Source of the DNA: Heterodontus francisci
Taxonomy: Eukaryota
Direction: 5' to 3'
NCBI RefSeq assembly: GCF_036365525.1
Contig: NC_090404.1
Coordinates: 20,715,134 to 20,779,133, forward strand
DNA length: 64,000 nucleotides
Shown: positions 61,699-64,000 of the stretch, piece after piece
How the letters are laid out: each line of letters begins with the position of its first letter
Numbering within the stretch: the first letter of the stretch is position 1
Translations under genes and position numbers: made by a program
Notes under the pieces: generated by a model
Seen by the model: the letters and a program-made list of their open reading frames with translations, nothing else
The model's database searches: none
Told to the model about the DNA's origin: nothing

Positions 61699-62589
61699 TT
61701 AAATGGAATTACTCTATTACTTGCATTAATATTTTTGTATTGAATTTAATAACGAACTCAATGAGTTGTTTGGATTACAGAATTATATAAATCCTGGCTA
61801 AACTTCTCAAATGTTTCAACTGCTAACGGTTTTGATGAAGCAATTATTAAGTTCTAAACTGGTGAATTAATTTATCGAGTAATAGCATTGTGATTGGTTT
61901 TTCGGAATGAGCTTATTGAACGCAAGTTTTGACTCAATGCGTTGTTGATCATTCAGCACAATGAAGCAAGTGACTAGATCGTTAATAATCCATTTTCAAA
62001 GGACATGAAATCCGAGCTCTTGATTTCATCTGTTCGGTTTATCTCCTACATCTCTTCCCAGAAGATCTGCAAATGGTTTCTATGCAACAAACCCCATTCA
62101 TCCCAAACACTCTTTCAGATTCTTGCAGCAGTTCCTGTTCTTGATTTCTCCCATTCTAACGCTTTCCTCCAACTTTATTTAGGCTTAAACATCTGGTCTA
62201 GGATTCCTCCTTCAGAGTCAAGGGTCATTCCTTTTCTCCAGATCACCTGGATGAATTTCAATCAAATATCCATTTGGGAATCAAAATGAAGTCCGTAAGT
62301 TTATCTCCCCTGGTGTGTACTGTGGCCCCATGAGCCGCTCGTCAGTGAACCTGAATGTTCCTTGACTAGCCCTTCTATTTAATTCAGTGTATTAATTTGA
62401 AGTTGTGTGATCTTAGTCAGTTAGTAGAACTCTGGCGTCTTACCCCTAGAGTTATTGGTTGTATGCCCCACTCCAGAAGCTAAAGCCATAATACAGGTTG
62501 ACTAGAAAGTATTGAGGGAATACTGCATTGCAAGGCTTGAAGTTCTAACATGATATATTGAAAGAATGTCTCAGTTTGAACACAATAAC

Positions 62590-64000
62590 ATAAGAATTCG
62601 GAACTGGAATCGGTCATATGGCCCTTCAAGCCTGCTCTGCTCTTCATAGTTGATCTACTACCTCAACTCCACCTTCCCAGATTATCTGCATAACCCCTTA
62701 ATTCCCTTAGTGCCCAAATACCTCTCGACCTCTGTCATGAATATACTCATCGACTGAGCATCCGCAACTGTCTGGGACAGAGAATTCCAAAGATCCACAA
62801 CCTTCTGAGTGAAGAAATGTCTCCTCATCTCAGGCTTAAAAGGCTGACCCCTAAGCTGAGACTGTGACTCAGTGTTCTAGCTTCTCCAACCAGTGGAATC
62901 ATTTTCTCAACATCTACCCTGTGAAGCCTCAAGAATTTTATGTGTTTCAATTGCATCACCACTCATTCTTCCAAACTCCAAGGAACATAGGCCTGGTCTA
63001 CTCAATATCTCCTCATAGGACAAACATTCCACCTCAGGCACCAGTCCAGTGAAACTTTGTTGCACTTCCTCTCGGTCAAGCAGGTCCTTCCTTTGGTGAT
63101 GAGACCAAAACTGCACACAGTACTCCAAGTGAGGGCTCACTAATGGCCCTTACAATTGTAGTAAGATGAATTTACTTTTACTCCAATTCCTTTGTTATAA
63201 AAGCTAACATACCATTTGCTTCCCTAATTGATTGCTGCACCTGCATGCGAACTTTCTATGATTCACGTAAAAGGACAGCAAGATCTCTTGGATAACAATA
63301 ATTTTCCAGTTTCCCACCATTCCAGAAATATTCCTTGATTATTATTCTTACCAAAGTGAATAACGTGACAATTAGTCATATTGCATACCATATGCCAGGG
63401 TGGTGCCCATTCACCCAACCTGTCTATATCCATCAGCAGCTTCTTTGTCTCCTCCTCACTGCTTATTTTCCTACTTTCGTATCATCAGAAAACTTGGATA
63501 TATTATTCTCAGTCCCCTCATCTAAGTCATCAATATATATTGTAAATAGCTGAGGCTCAAGCACTGATCCTTGTGGCACATCGTTAGTTACAGGCTGCCA
63601 ACCGAAATATCCTATTTATTCCAACTCTCTGTTTTCTGTCCATTAACCAATTGTCAATCCATGTTAATACATTGCCCCTAATCCTATGAATTCTAATTTT
63701 GTACACTAATACCTTATCGAATGTTTCTCGAATTCCAATTGTACTAAATCTACTTGTCCCCCCTTATCCATCCCACCAATCACTTCCTCAAAAAACTCTT
63801 AACAGATTTGCCAAATGCAATTTCCAGTTCATTAACCCATGTTGACTCTGCTTAACTATATTATGATTTTCTAAGTGTCCTGTTACCACATACCTAAGAA
63901 CAGATTCGAACTTTTTGCCATCTACTGGTGTTAGGCTCACTGACCTATTGTTCACCGTTTTCTCTCTTCCTCGTTTCTTGAATAGCGAGGTTACACTTAC
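62590..64000 (-). mobile_element. Degenerate CR1
   Basis: SPHLEYCVQFWS on the minus strand; CR1 3' terminus near 62590. Confidence 0.85.

Overview
Eukaryotic, repeat-dense DNA, most likely from a shark or other elasmobranch (inferred from HE1-type SINEs and abundant CR1 LINEs). The genic content is a tandem cluster of two-exon GPR139/GPR142-like class A GPCR genes on the + strand. Two are complete (exons 1778-1847 + 13640-14547; 28528-28597 + 30478-31388), a third shows only exon 1 (60686-60755), and there are two exon-2 relics. The window also holds a decayed olfactory-receptor pseudogene (- strand, ~49660-50381) and a C2H2 zinc-finger pseudogene. The two complete genes share a duplicated module: a 35-bp tandem array, a TATA promoter with homeodomain and Olf/EBF-like motifs, exon 1, then 22-bp and 67-bp intronic arrays. 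The rest is nested mobile DNA: a two-gene Harbinger transposon with TIRs and TSD plus related MITEs, three Gypsy-type LTR elements, CR1/L2/RTE LINEs, SINEs and Penelope-like ends with hammerhead-like motifs. The leading hypothesis, which is inference only, is that the expanded GPR139-like genes form a chemosensory receptor family. All alignments were done by eye and repeat boundaries are approximate.
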